Origin: Eledone cirrhosa
Lineage: Eukaryota
DNA length: 64,000 nucleotides
Direction of reading: 5' to 3'
Assembly (NCBI GenBank): GCA_964016885.1
Contig: OZ024740.1
Coordinates: 149,110,001 to 149,174,000 of the forward strand
In this document: in pieces, positions 12,597 through 25,330 of the stretch
Layout of the letters: each line of letters opens with the position of its first letter
Position numbering within the stretch: the stretch's first letter is position 1
Program-made: the position numbers and the translations under genes
Notes under the pieces: generated by a model
What the model was told of the DNA's origin: nothing
Database searches by the model: none
The model's input: only the letters and a program-made list of their open reading frames with translations

Positions 12597-12602
12597 TATA
12601 TA

Positions 12603-13250
12603 ATATTCGATTCGTTTGCAATTATGCAAACAGCCTCTTTTTTAAAGCCATGTCAGTAGAATGAGCCCTTCCTTCTTGCTCTTGTGTAGGCATGTAAACA
12701 GAACTGCAGACACTAATGTTTGCACAATTGCAAACGAATCGATATAATTATTAATATTCGAAAAACTCAGATTACATTTATTGTATTCAGCCATGTAGAG
12801 CGATCATTTTTAAAAATTATTATTTGAATATGGCAAAGTCGGTCATTAGTCGCTCGTATATTGGAAACTGACTGGTGTGTCTGCTGATATGCAAATCTGG
12901 CTGATCAGTGGATCTGCTAATATACAGATCTGACTGATCAGCCAGTCTGCTATTATACAAATCAGGCCAATAAGTCACTGTATATTTTAGAAAATATATA
13001 TTTTCACTAGCTCTGACAGTTGGCAGGTGAAAAGTGAACTGCACTGATGAAGGGTGATACCCAGAAACATTAGTGTCTGCAGTTATGTTTACATGCCAAC
13101 ACAAGAGCAACAATGAGGGGCTCATTCTACTGGCATGGCTTTAAAAAAGGGGATGTTTGCATAATTGCAAAGGAATCGAATATTATTATTAATATTCGAA
13201 AATCTCAGATGACATTTATTGTATTCAGCCATGTAGAGCGATAATTTTTT
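12603..13250. mobile_element. HHR-bearing repeat family B (437-bp unit, partial tandem plus inverted 3' fragment)
   Basis: 12726-12810 repeats at 13163-13250. 12603-12721 is the reverse complement of ~13065-13182. Contains octamer repeats, a TATA and an HHR. Confidence 0.8.
13037..13084 (+). ncRNA. Type I hammerhead ribozyme, intact core
   Basis: aactgca CTGATGA a-gggt-gat-accc-a GAAA CATTAGTG TC tgcagtt: 7-bp stem I, GUC site at 13075-13077. Confidence 0.9.
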
Positions 13251-13271
13251 TAATTTTTATTTATTTATTTG

Positions 13272-15618
13272 TTAAAAGCCGATAACAGCAGCTGAAGTAT
13301 GGGAGGCACTGGCTGGCTGCACAAGGGGTAAATCGCCTGGTTTGGATGGTCTGCCCTATGAACTTTACGTACAGATGCCAGATTGTTCGGAGGCCTCTTG
13401 GCGGATGTCTACAGCAACTGGCAACAGAACGAGAGAATTCCCAGCTCTGTGAGCCGAGGAGCGGTGGCGCTGCTGAGAAAGGATCCGAACAAGGGGGATA
13501 ACATAGATAATTCCAGGCCCATAACTTTTCTAAATACAGAGTTCAAGATTTTGGCTAAGGTGCTAGCAAAGAGGTTGGCGCTTGTCGTTGGTGGTCTGGT
13601 AGGAGAGGCGCAGACATGCGCCATTCCCGACAGATCCATCTACGACAACCTCCACTTCATGCGATACATCGTGGAGCGGGTAGCTAAGGAACCTGACACG
13701 GGTGGGTTCTTGATAAATTTAGATCGTTATCTGGCGGCTGTCCTGAGGGCGGCTGGCTTTGGGCCCGTCTTCAGAGGCTGGATCGCTGCCATGCACAGCG
13801 AAATCTGCTCTGTGGAGAGAGTGAACGGTCACGTTTCGGAACCGTTCAACATCATGCGCTCGGTCCGCCAAGGATGTCCCCCCTCGTCCCTCTTGTACGT
13901 GTTGACTCTCGAGCCATTACTGCACAAACTGAAGATGTTGAGGGGGTCCCGCGCGAACTATGATGGGGAAGATCCGTGTCAGCATATGCGGACGATGTCA
14001 CCGTAGTGGTGTCGAACGCCAAACATATCGAGGCGATCGGCACTACACTAAGAGAATACGAAGCGGTGACAGGAACAATGATCAACCAGAAAAAGTCGGT
14101 GGGCCTGCAGCTCGGCACCTGGAGAGGTAGGTCCATGCAGTCCAACGGCGTCGTCGGGCGCTGGACGGACGGACCAGTTAAATTGTTAGGGGTCTGGTTC
14201 GGTCCGGACCTCCAGACGGACAAAAGCTGGGACGAGGTGACGAGCAGGGTGGCTTCTCTCACCCAGAAATGGGCGGAGAGGAAGCTATCCCTGAAAGGAC
14301 GAGCGGAGGTGGCTAACGCGTATATCGCGTCGGTCATCTACTACCGCCTGACCGTCGTACCTTGTCCTAAGCCCCGCCTGACTGCGCTGGAGCGTTTGCT
14401 CTTTCGCTTTTTGTGGAAGGGACGCGCTCCGATGGTCAGGCGGTCCATCTGCTGTCAAGACTCGCTACGTGGAGGGCTGGGCATGCCATGGCTAATGATG
14501 CGCAGACACGCGCACAGGCTACGAGATCTCCACCTCTTCCTCGACCGTGATCAGGTGTGGTCGTCGTTTGCTAGACGCGTCTTTCCCCAGCTCATCTCCT
14601 TGACGGAGCTGCAGTCCTGGGTCAAGCGAAGACCGAGAGGGAGCGCTTGGAGACTGGAAAGTCTTCAGGCGACAAAAACAGCCCTCGACCAAACGGGCAA
14701 TGTGATCGGTGGAAACTCCACCTTGGCGTTCTATAGATGATTAGTGGAGAGGAAGAGCGACGACGTACTTGGGGAAATTCTAGGCGTCGACGAAAATCAA
14801 CTAGCCAATCTCTTTGGAAGAACTTTCGGGCCGGGGTCTATGGACAACGTCCAGAAATCCCTGGCCTGGCAGTGCTACCGAGGGGTTTTGCCAGTTCGGG
14901 ATAAACTCTACAGGCATGGAGGTGCCATCAGCCGGGCATGTCCGAGATGCGCGCAGGGCGACGAAACCGTCCTGCACGCACTCGTCCAGTATCCGAGCAT
15001 TGCTGACTTGTGGGTTTATGTTGCGTGTAGAACGGTTCCGACTATCAGCTGAGTCCATCGTGAGGATTGTCCCGCCTTCTTCCTTTAGCCGGGAAGGGCA
15101 GGCAGTTTTTATCTGTCTGGTGGCCATGGCGAAAGAGATAGTATGGTGAACACGTTTGAAAGGGCTGAAGACGAGCACTTACCTCTTCGGTGATGCCCTG
15201 ATTAACCTTTTCAAATTTCATTTGAAAAGGAAAATCAGGGTAGAGAGGGAAGTGCTCTCTTCCCAGCATTTTGTTGAAAGAAGGGTGAGAGAAGCAAGTA
15301 TGGCCCGAGTGAATGGGCCTACTCTGAGTTTGTGTCTGTAAATTAAAGGTGGAAAACTGGGAGAGGGCACTTACCCTGGGGGTCAGGGTCACTGTGGCCT
15401 TTTAATGGGCTTTCTCCACAAATGTCTCTCGGAAGTCTCCCCCCTGTTTGGGAATTTTTCATTGTTATTTTTTTTATTACATCCTCTGTTTTTTTTTTAC
15501 ACGTTGAAAATACCCATTTGTACCGCCCTGACATTAAGGATAGTACAGAGGATGTAAACCCTTGTGGTTAATAAAGAAAGCATTATTATTATTATTTTTA
15601 TTATTATTATTATTATTA
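13272..15618 (+). mobile_element. L1/Tx1-clade LINE, 5'-truncated copy (RT + C-terminal Zn finger), degenerate
   Basis: RPITFLNTEFKILAK, VRQGCP, AYADD and CPRC...ETVLH motifs. (TTA)n tail. Homologous to 48096-50485. Confidence 0.92.
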
Positions 15619-15828
15619 ACAAGTTATCGTTATAGGTAATCCAGTTAGAGGTTGTGAGTACTCTGTATTGTGGATAGTTTTAACCTACGGCTTTGTTTGA
15701 CTCAACAAGATGTTTCCATAGTTAGGTAGCGAATTCGCGAGAATTCCTATGCAGGTTATACTTGGAGTAATAATAGTGAAAGATTGAAGAATAACATGGT
15801 CAGCTGTACGATAAGGGGCTTTATTTCA

Positions 15829-15941
15829 AGTATTAACAATTGTTTCATTGATCAGGTGAGTTTAAAGGCCGCTAATCACTCGAAGTTGCGTCACTCAACC
15901 TTAAATACAGTGTTTACCATTGATCAAATCCTCAGAATACT
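15829..15941 (-). ncRNA. Type I hammerhead ribozyme
   Basis: agtatt CTGAGGA t-ttgatca...tgatcaa-t GAAA CAATTG TT aatact. Confidence 0.82.
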
Positions 15942-16025
15942 GTAGAACATTATATTTTATTATTGATGTTATAGTTTTGATTCTACGCTGTATCTATATA
16001 TACCATAGCCATATATGAGTTCTCT

Positions 16026-16138
16026 AGTATTCTGAGGATTTGATCAATGGTAAACACTGTATTTAAGGTCGAGCGACGCAACTTCGAGTGATTAGCGGCC
16101 TTTAAACTCACCTAATCAATGAAACAATTGTTAATACT
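16026..16138 (+). ncRNA. Type I hammerhead ribozyme (inverted twin)
   Basis: agtatt CTGAGGA tttgatca...taatcaat GAAA CAATTG TT aatact. Confidence 0.78.
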
Positions 16139-16187
16139 TGAAATAAAGCCCCTTGCTGTACAGCCGACCATGTTATTCTTCAATCTT

Positions 16188-16229
<42 letters not shown>

Positions 16230-16585
16230 CATACGCACATGTACGTATAGGTTATATCGAACATTAAAAAGAATGTTCGATTCGTTTGCAAATAAACGGC
16301 CCGATTTGAAGCTGTGCCGTGCCGGTGACCGATCGTAACCTGTTTGTTCAACACTGGCATTGAGGAACAATCAACATGTTTCTGGGTCATTACCTTCATC
16401 AAGATTGTATACCTCTCTGCCAGTCTGTTGAACAGTTGAAAATATATAGTATTTTCTTAAGTACACATCGGTTGAGTAGCCTCATTTGCATACCGAGTGA
16501 GTTGCGGCGAGCCTTGCCGAATATTAAAAATAAAATTAGAATTTTATTTCTCGCCATAGCACAGCTGATGCATTAATGTAAGTAT
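16230..16585 (-). mobile_element. HHR-bearing repeat family C (diverged relative of family A)
   Basis: Shares TGTTCAACACTG, GTTGAAC, GAGTAGCCT-ATTTGCAT-CGAGTGAGTT and ATGTAAGTATGCA with 485-3350. Confidence 0.8.
16367..16408 (-). ncRNA. Minimal hammerhead ribozyme, C3U variant
   Basis: acaatc TTGATGA aggtaatgaccca GAAA CATG TT gattgt. Stems covary relative to 1265-1307. Confidence 0.75.
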
Positions 16586-17166
<581 letters not shown>

Positions 17167-17169
17167 AGT

Positions 17170-17710
17170 GCCAAAGCGAGGATCAAGGAAACATAAACGT
17201 TCTATGTAATGTACCTTACAATGACCGACAGATTTGGAAAGCGAGCATCAGTATTCATCTGAAGTTATGGAGGTATAATACACTACGCTATGCCTGACAG
17301 TGTTTCTTTATGCTGCGAGTCATGGATTGTGCATACGCAAAAACAAGAATGAGCAGTGAACACATTTCACAGAAATTGTCTGCGCATCATCTGTGGCGTA
17401 ACATATCCATATCGCATAACAAATGCAAACATTGTCACACGCACAGAGCAGTCACATCGCTATGCTCAGGTTCGAAACTGGTGATTGACATGGATTTGTC
17501 ATCAAATCCGGCATCTAATTAATAACTTCCATGATGAGTATCTTCTGCTACATCAATTACCAGGAGGTCACCGCAAAAGACAAAGACCGAAGACCACCAA
17601 AGAATGGTCACAAAAAAACTGAATGTAAAAGTCACCGCAATTCAAGAAAAAGCCAATGATAGAAACGTTTGGGCACCTCTTATGTTATCTCCCTCGTGAT
17701 ATTATGACAT
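17170..17710 (+). pseudogene. Highly degraded RTE-type LINE 3' end
   Basis: Fragments translate to SIHLKLW, LPGGHRKRQRPKTT and QEKANDRNVW, resembling an RTE C-terminus. Confidence 0.45.
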
Positions 17711-17720
17711 TATTTTAATA

Positions 17721-17908
17721 TGGTGGATTGGAAGTATCAGTAGAGGGTCGGACACCATGCTTTCCCGCATAGTTACGTCCTTTTACGGTCTGAGTTTAAA
17801 TCCGGTTGAGGTTAACTTTGCCATTCATCCTTACGGTCTCGATAAAATAAAGTACCAGTAATGCACGGTATAATTGCTGGCCTTGTGCCAAATGTAGAAA
17901 CAATTATT
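17721..17908 (+). mobile_element. tRNA-derived SINE (family S1)
   Basis: B-box-like GAGTTTAAATCC, then TTTGCCATTCATCC...GATAAAATAAAGTACCAGT...GGCCTTGTGCCAAA. Several copies in the window. Confidence 0.8.
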
Positions 17909-18027
17909 TTAATATGGTTTATGTATGGGCACATATTTCTCTGTGTTCATTATTTCATTTGAAATAATAAATATTGATTGATTGATATATATATAGTTAT
18001 ATTTGGGGAGGGTCATATATATATATA

Positions 18028-19696
18028 CAGTGGCGTAGCTAGGGTAAACGGCGCCCAGGGCAAGCATCAAAAACCGTTCTTCCATTTCTGTTTGAAGACG
18101 ATTGAGTGAACTTTGCATTGCTCTCTCTATCTCTATTTTCTGGCAGCCACCTCGACGTCCTCAGTAATTTCGATATTGGTTTGTCGTCTTCCTCACCTCC
18201 TCGGAAAATCGACATTCCATTTCTGGCAGAGGTCGAAGCCCATTTCAAGAGACTCGTGAATTAAGGATGTTCCTTCTTCTTTAAAATAAAGTTGAAGGGC
18301 TCCTATATCAGCTGCAGCATCGTGAAAATTCCTTCTTGGATCTTGAAGTCTCTTTTGAACCCGGTCAATTCGTGAGAGAATCGTCTTCCAGTATCTAATC
18401 AAGTTCAGGAATTCATAACTGAGTATCCGATTATGGAGATTACTGGCATCACTTCTACTCTCGCATTTCTCTGTTTCATCATAACTAATTTTTTCGAGAA
18501 CTTGAACAATCAGCGTCAAATAATTCGCCACCGGTCTGACTGCGGTACATCTAGCACTCCACGGCGTGTCAGAAGGATATTTAACAACCACTGGAGCAAC
18601 TTCTTTAAGGGCTTCCCATCGTCGTGTTGAACGAGAAAAAAGGTTGTATAACGAGTCAAACAAACTGAAAAAGTTCATCATAGCAGAATCGTGTTTGGCT
18701 GCATGAAGACCAGCCAGATTAAGTGAATGGTTATCACAATTAACGAAGTGAATCAAATTCTTTTTATCTCTTATTCTCTGCTGAACGCCACTGCAGTGCC
18801 CAGCCATTATGGCAGCATTGGCGTAACACTGCGATCGACAGTTCTGCAGTGGTAGGTCATCTTTTTCTAGCTTTCACGATTGTTTCAACAAGGCTTGCGG
18901 CATCTATTTTGATTACTTGAATGAATCCAAGAAAAGATTCCCTCACAACGACCGTTTTCATATTGAAATCAACATCGACATATCGCACAACTTTTGACAG
19001 TTGTTCTCGGTGCGCCTGGTCAGGGGTCGAATCAATCAGCAGATCATAGTATCTTGCTTTTTGGATAGGATTTAATAAATTCTGACGAACTATATTATAG
19101 AAGACAACATTGAACCATCTAGACTGGAGTCAAATTGAATTCCTAATAGAAGCTATCCGATCCTATCTGGCCATTTGGATTATGATACATTTTCTATACG
19201 TCTTATGTACCAGTTGTAAAAGACAAACTACTCTGTTTTGTAAACAATCTTCATAAATATAATTATCTTGTTTTGGTCATTGCAATGCATTGCTAAAAAT
19301 AGCGCATGCGTGTCCACCAGTTGCACGTCCAAAACTACGTCCCTTCAGTCTGTGTGTGTCGTGTGTGTGGGGGGTGGGGTGGGGTTGTGAGGTCAAGTGA
19401 GGTATCCGCAGTTTTGCAATGTATAGCTAAAAATAGCGCCCACATAATTGCAACCCACCCGGATGTCAGTGTGGAGGGGGTGGGGGGTGAAGTCAAATCA
19501 GACATCTGCTCTGTCTAGTGCACTAGACATGGTGTGGAAGTCGGCTATCAAGAAATCACATGCTTCATTTTTGGCTTATATTTTTAAAAATGATAAAAAC
19601 GACATGGATGTAAATCGATCTAGGTCGAAATTGCGGCCCCCTAAATATGGCGCCCGTGGCATGTGCCCTGCTTTCCACACCCTAGCTACGCCACTG
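18028..19696 (-). mobile_element. hAT DNA transposon (Tip100/ZMYM-type), internally deleted
   Basis: Perfect 18-bp TIRs CAGTGGCGTAGCTAGGGT / ACCCTAGCTACGCCACTG. TATATATA on both sides, compatible with an 8-bp TSD. Confidence 0.9.
18193..19085 (-). pseudogene. hAT transposase fragment
   Basis: LIDSTPD..HREQL..VVRYVD, CRSQCY.NAA.MAG, CDNHSLNL, FSRSTRRW and SDTPWSAR motifs. Confidence 0.88.
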
Positions 19697-19946
19697 TATA
19701 TATATATAAATATATATATACGGGGTAACAAATAATAGTTATATCCAGTCCCCTTAGGTGTAGTCCAGTTATGGTATTCCGGGTAGTGGATGATATCAAC
19801 GCTAGGCTTGGTTTGACTCAACAAGGCGTATTCATAGTGATGTTGCGAGTATGCTGTAATTCCTATGTTGTAAACACTTGGAGTAATAATAAATCAGGAA
19901 AGAAGATTGACATGGTTTGCAATACAAAAAAGGTTTTTAATCTCAT

Positions 19947-20054
19947 TGCTGACAATTGTTTCTCTGAACTGGTAGGTCTAGAGATCGCTATTCGCTTGTT
20001 TTCACGTTACTCGATCGCCAATACAAAATTATAACCAGTCAGTTCTTCGGAGCA
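19947..20054 (-). ncRNA. Hammerhead ribozyme in 3' pLTR, CCGAAGA core variant
   Basis: tgct CCGAAGA a-ctgactgg...ccagttcag-a GAAA CAATTG TC agca. Confidence 0.7.
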
Positions 20055-20503
20055 TGCGAGAATGAAGAGAATATACAGGCATGAAAGGAATATACTATAT
20101 GAAGTAGTAATGGCATTCAGTTAGAATAATAACAACAATTACAACAATGCTAGTAATAAATTATTTGAGGAGACCCTGACATTACATTAGGTGGGGGGTA
20201 TAGTGTATCTAAGATTTCGGCGTGTAAAACTAGCTGACATGAAGCAGAAGTATAAGTTTGGCATGTCGTAGGGTGTATTGTATCAATTTTAAAGATAAGC
20301 CGGTGTTTATCACCAATATAGGTCAGGTGGCCGTAATGTTCAGTATTTATCTGACCGACGAAGTATTTATCATTGAGTAGAATTTGTGTGGTCTACATTA
20401 GATGAGAATACAGTCTTTCTTTTCATCTTCAATAACATACATGTATGGGACAACACTGTCAAAGCTAAATAGTGGGCGAGTTAATACAGAGGTTAAGGAG
20501 GCA

Positions 20504-20596
<93 letters not shown>

Positions 20597-20949
20597 TACA
20601 CACACACACATATACATACACACGCGTGTGTACATAGACACACACATACACATCAATATACACTCGTACAAAAATATACATACATGCAAAGAGATAAGCG
20701 TGCTGATTGTAATTATGGCAAAAGGAAGGTAAAGTTACATTGTAGTAGTGATTTGAGAAATTCTTGGATTTAGGATCAAGTGATGGCAGCAGCTGAGAAG
20801 GAATAAGTTTATGGGTTGATGAGGTACTTACAGACATTTGTGTGGTAAAGACCTGTGAAGGCTAGAGTGTACTTAATGAGTATATTTCAGTGGTGATTTA
20901 TGCAGGGTAGTGGGTATCCTAGTTTAAAGCTATGTTGTGTTGGTTCGAT

Positions 20950-23341
20950 TCACGGAGGTTTGAATCTTATGAATTTAGTGGCAATTCTATGTCTGCAGAA
21001 GATAGATCTTTCTAACTTATTGTTAAGTAGCCTTTTTACATTTTTGAGGATATACATTAGTTCTAGATCACATAGCCCGCAGTGGGACATACCTGTACTA
21101 TAGGTTTTAGCAGCCGACAACTTCGACCAGTTAATGCTGTAGTTGGTGCTGCTGTCCTTCAGTTCCCATATTTTTTTGGCGAGGGTTGTGGAACCCATAA
21201 GTGCACGGTTTTTCATTGAGTGCCTGTGCACATACCATCTTTTTTTAAAAGAACCCGCAGTGGATCCTATGTAATTCCAGGTGGAGTTATCCGAGTTGAC
21301 CGTGCACATGTATACTAGGCTCGAATCGAGACATCTGTTCGCCAATGGGCACCTATCTGGTAGGTGACAGTTACAATTTGAGGCGCTATTTTGTGCAGCT
21401 TCTACACTCCTGTTTAGTACTCTGTTATAAGTGGGTTGTGATATATGCCCATTGGGGTTTTGCTGTTGCGCGTTTATATGCGCTTGCGGTTGTGATGTTG
21501 TGATGTGTTTATGCTTATAATTTGGTGCTACGTTATGCATAGGTGCGGTTGATTTACTAGAGATATTTCTGTGGTTGATCTTGCGTATGTGTGATTCTAT
21601 ATTTGCCACTGTCGAGTATGAGAGTTTTATAGTAAATCTATTGAGTATTTTGTGATATCTATGTGAGATAGGGAAGTGTTTATCTATAAGTTTAAAGAAT
21701 GTCGAGGGCAGTCTAGTTTTTATAGAGGAGTTGAAGATTGGGTTAACCATAGGTATTTTCTTTGTCTGTTTCTTCTATTGTTTCTTGGGTTTACGTTATT
21801 AGTCTTTGGACCGTTTACTCCAGGAGATATGTGCCTAACCCTATGTCTAGTCCAGCTATTTCTATTATTGTGTGAGCGGTTGGTGTAGTAGTTACTAGGA
21901 TTGTTTACGTTGTCTTTATTCACTATATACTGCAGTTTTCCTTATGACCGGCCCTACGTAATGCTGCATTATAATAGTCAGCATGTTCGTTAAAGATTTC
22001 TAGGTTAGAGGATAAGCGGGATATTCGGAGGGATATACTACGTGCTATGGATCTAATTATGGATTTGGGGTGGTTTGAGTTGTAACTAATGTAGGCAAGA
22101 TTCTCATTATTTTTGTGGAAAGGTTCTATTAATCCCGTATTTAGATTTAGAGTCACATCTAGAAAGTTTACCTTCTCATGGTTCAGTTCGTAGGTAATAC
22201 TTAGGCCTAGTTTTTTTAAGAATATTCTAATATTTTTTCTTAGTCTTTCCACGCTCTGGTTGTTTAGGTTCCTAGCTATAAGTAGCGTGTCGTCCCTATA
22301 AATTCCTCCTTGGAGGTTACTGAATTCCTTATGTAGGTTGTGTGCTATGAATAGCCCCACGATATCTGTGATTTGCGCAGAGTCATTTGATCCCATTGTT
22401 ATATCGAAGCTATTTATCCTATCTTTTCTTACCCAGTAGCTATTTTCAAATTTTATGATAGTCCTTCTAGCCGCTATTATTATTTCAATTTCATCATGGG
22501 TAAGATCAGAGTTATTTGGGGCAAATATAAGCGCCTTATCTAGGGTAGCTGGGGATATGGATGCATAGTAGTCGTCTATATCAAATTGTATGAAGTTACA
22601 CGTCTCTCTATTTTGTATTTTATTGAACCATTTAATTGCCTCGTTAGTGTTGCCCCATAAATTGATTTCTAGTTTACCTTTTATTTGTGCGATTACCCTA
22701 TCTAGAATGTTCTTACTAATTTTACCTATGTCTGACTTGGATGGGCATATTAATCTAATGGTGGGATTAGTTTCAAAATTATTTTTGTGATCCTTCAGGT
22801 TAAACGTTGGGTTGCACGGGGTTAGAGGTTCGGTCCTATCGGGAATTCCAAGTTTATTAACTATCTTGAAGCTCTCCACGTTAATGCTGGTGAGTGTAGA
22901 TTGATTTATTTTTTTATATTTTTTATGTAGTTCACGCTGGATAAAGCTATTGTATGTGTTAATGTCCATAGAGTATACGTTTGATGTTTTGTACTATGAT
23001 ACCGTTAGTGTCTTTTAGTTTTTTAGTAGTGTATTTAAGTCATTTTGCAATTTGTTGTGAATTGTTCCTTTTTTAAATTTAGTTTCACTTATCATGTTCA
23101 TAAGGTCCAGCTCGAAGGCATCGAGTGCGGGGTTGTTTGGCGGGTTTTTGCAGGATTTAAACCCGTAATTCTCCTTAGAAAATTCCTTTGCATTGGTATT
23201 CGGTCCCTTATCGAAATGGTAAGCTTTCCATCGGACCCTGCGGATAAAATCATTAGTCCGGCGTATCATGCCCAGTGTATAGTCCTTTTTTGTAGGTATA
23301 GGTATGTTTTTCAGTGACATACCTATACGGGGCTTCTCCAT
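20950..23341 (-). pseudogene. Naiad-type RT + GIY-YIG ORF broken by frameshifts
   Basis: N-terminus SLKNIPIP..RVRWKA. RT motifs LKDHKNNF, FDIDDYY, DITMGS, YRDD. Endonuclease motifs CNC..CPL..CL, YIGST, CGLC. Frame changes near 23015, 21935 and 21745. Confidence 0.93.
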
Positions 23342-23618
23342 GTTGTTGCCGTGCGTTAATGGTGTTGCTCGACCAGGTGGGAGCTAAATATACGGGGTAA
23401 CAAATAATAGTTATATCCAGTCCCCTTAGGTGTAGTCCAGTTATGGTATTCCGGGTAGTGGATGATATCAACGCTAGGCTTGGTTTGACTCAACAAGGCG
23501 TATTCATAGTGATGTTGCGAGTATGCTATAATTCCTATGTTGTAAACACTTGGAGTAATAATAAATCAGGAAAGAAGATTGACATGGTTTGCAATACAAA
23601 AAAGGTTTTTAATCTCAT

Positions 23619-23726
23619 TGCTGACAATTGTTTCTCTGAACTGGTAGGTCTAGAGATCGCTATTCGCTTGTTTTCACGTTACTCGATCGCCAATACAAAA
23701 TTATAACCAGTCAGTTCTTCGGAGCA
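23619..23726 (-). ncRNA. Hammerhead ribozyme in 5' pLTR, CCGAAGA core variant
   Basis: Same sequence as 19947-20054. The element boundary lies 4 nt upstream of stem I. Confidence 0.7.
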
Positions 23727-25129
23727 TGCGTGTGTGTGTGTGACGGTGTCCGTCCAGTTTCTGTTATCCAATTACATTTAAATTGCATGAAGCCTGATAT
23801 GATTTGCCCAATGAGCCCCGCAATGGGATTGAACCTGAATCTGTATGTTTGCGAAGGAGGTTTGCTTTCTTTTCCACGCCTTCTACCTCCTATACAAACT
23901 GTCAATCCCAACATTGTTTTTCTTATGAATCTAAGAAAATAGTTGGATGAAAGATCGAAGTAGCTATTAGTCATCTGACAAAGGATTGGCAAAAATTAAT
24001 TGGCAGAGCTTTTGTGTTTTTGCATATTAATTTTCTTTCGTTTACCAGCGATTCTTTTTTCAATTTATTTTTTAATTACCTGTTGCATTTTTTAAACAAT
24101 CTAATATTGCTGTGAATACATTCGGTATACATAACATTTGACGGAAGATCTCTAGGGAGTTTTCTTAAACAAATATAGTCGTTATTTTCAATGATCTTTT
24201 GTTTGGGAGACATAAATTGTTAATGCTTATGGAATAAGTTATAAAGTAATATTTTCGCAATTATAACTACTGCTATTATAAATACTATTATAAATACTGC
24301 TTCTGGCGAAAGAAATTTAACTCGGAGGTACTTCCATCTGGATTTTTTGTCTATATTAAAATTGTAAGGAGAGAAAAATGTTATTCTTCATTCAACTTTA
24401 TTGCTTTTCATCAATAAAATATAAAGCAAAGCACTCTATGACTGATGAAGCATATATCGTTGAAGGATTATAGACTAGCATATGGTACTAGTTCTCATGC
24501 AATTACCAGTTTTCAATTAATAGAATAGGTATGTTTCAACGATTATTCTTTCGCGGTTTATTAGTATTTCGAGTGTTGCAATTCCAACTGTATATGGAAA
24601 CCTATCTGTGTATTTAAAATGTAGGGAACACACTAACGAAAACAGTCTATGGATTGACACAACTTTATTAATGGCGACAATCGCGGTTCTTTTGTTTTCA
24701 TTTATAGGCCTCTATATAAGAAAATTGGTATTTTAAAGTAGTGCTTTTGCTCAGAGTTTATCGTACCCTTTCATTTTGATTGTAGACATAAATAGGATTT
24801 ATCATATTGGTGTGTATTTTTATGTGGCTCAAAATATTAGTGTAGTTCGCATACTGTTGAGTGTATATCAAACACACTCTTAAGACTAGCAACTGTTTGA
24901 AATTGAAACATTATTCCGGTATTAAATGTGAAGCGTATTGTGATGTAGCTTTAGATATGGGGTGAATATATGGTACATTATTAATGTATGAGAGCACCAT
25001 ATTTCATTTTGTACATCCACATTGCCTTGTTTCTTATGTATTAAGCATATTCCAGCAAGTTTTCTAACCCCTTTTGCATGACATATTTTGTATTAACGCA
25101 TATAGCCTATAAAGAAATTATTATTATTA

Positions 25130-25330
25130 AGCGTCGAACAACATGCTTCGCGGCATTGAGTTACGTCCTATTACGTTCTAAGTTCAAATCCCGCCTGGGT
25201 TAACTTTGCCTTTCATCCTTCCGGGGTCGATAAAATAAAGTATCAGTCACGCACTGGGGTCGATTTAATCGACTTTCCCCTTCCCCAAATTTGCTGGCCT
25301 TGTGCCTATACTGGAAATCATTATTATTAT
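25130..25330 (+). mobile_element. tRNA-derived SINE (family S1)
   Basis: AGTTCAAATCCCGCC...TTTGCCTTTCATCCTTCCGGGGTCGATAAAATAAAGTA...GGCCTTGTGCC, flanked by (TTA)n. Confidence 0.8.

Larger units (their letters stand above)
15620..16192. mobile_element. Naiad pLTR remnant with head-to-head inverted copy
   Basis: 15620-15860 resembles the pLTR at 19718-20058 (GTTTGACTCAACAAG, CTTGGAGTAATAATA). 15775-15945 is inverted at 16022-16192. Confidence 0.8.
19718..23730 (-). mobile_element. Full-length Naiad-type Penelope-like element B with direct pLTRs
   Basis: ~340-bp near-identical direct repeats at 19718-20058 and 23390-23730 flank an RT-GIY-YIG ORF. Bounded by (TA)n and (TG)n. Confidence 0.93.

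Noticed and set aside
19771-20034. Duplicated 87-aa ORF (also 23443-23706)
   Set aside because: It is antisense to the element within the pLTR. The duplication is explained by the pLTR and there is no protein motif.
20200-20320. Possible extra HHR in the element B 3' UTR (GAAA TCTTAGA TA on the minus strand); similar motif at 4236-4252
   Set aside because: No acceptable CUGANGA core. The second motif has a non-cleavable triplet.
24442-24448. CTGATGA heptamers here and at 16798
   Set aside because: No GAAA or supporting stems nearby.
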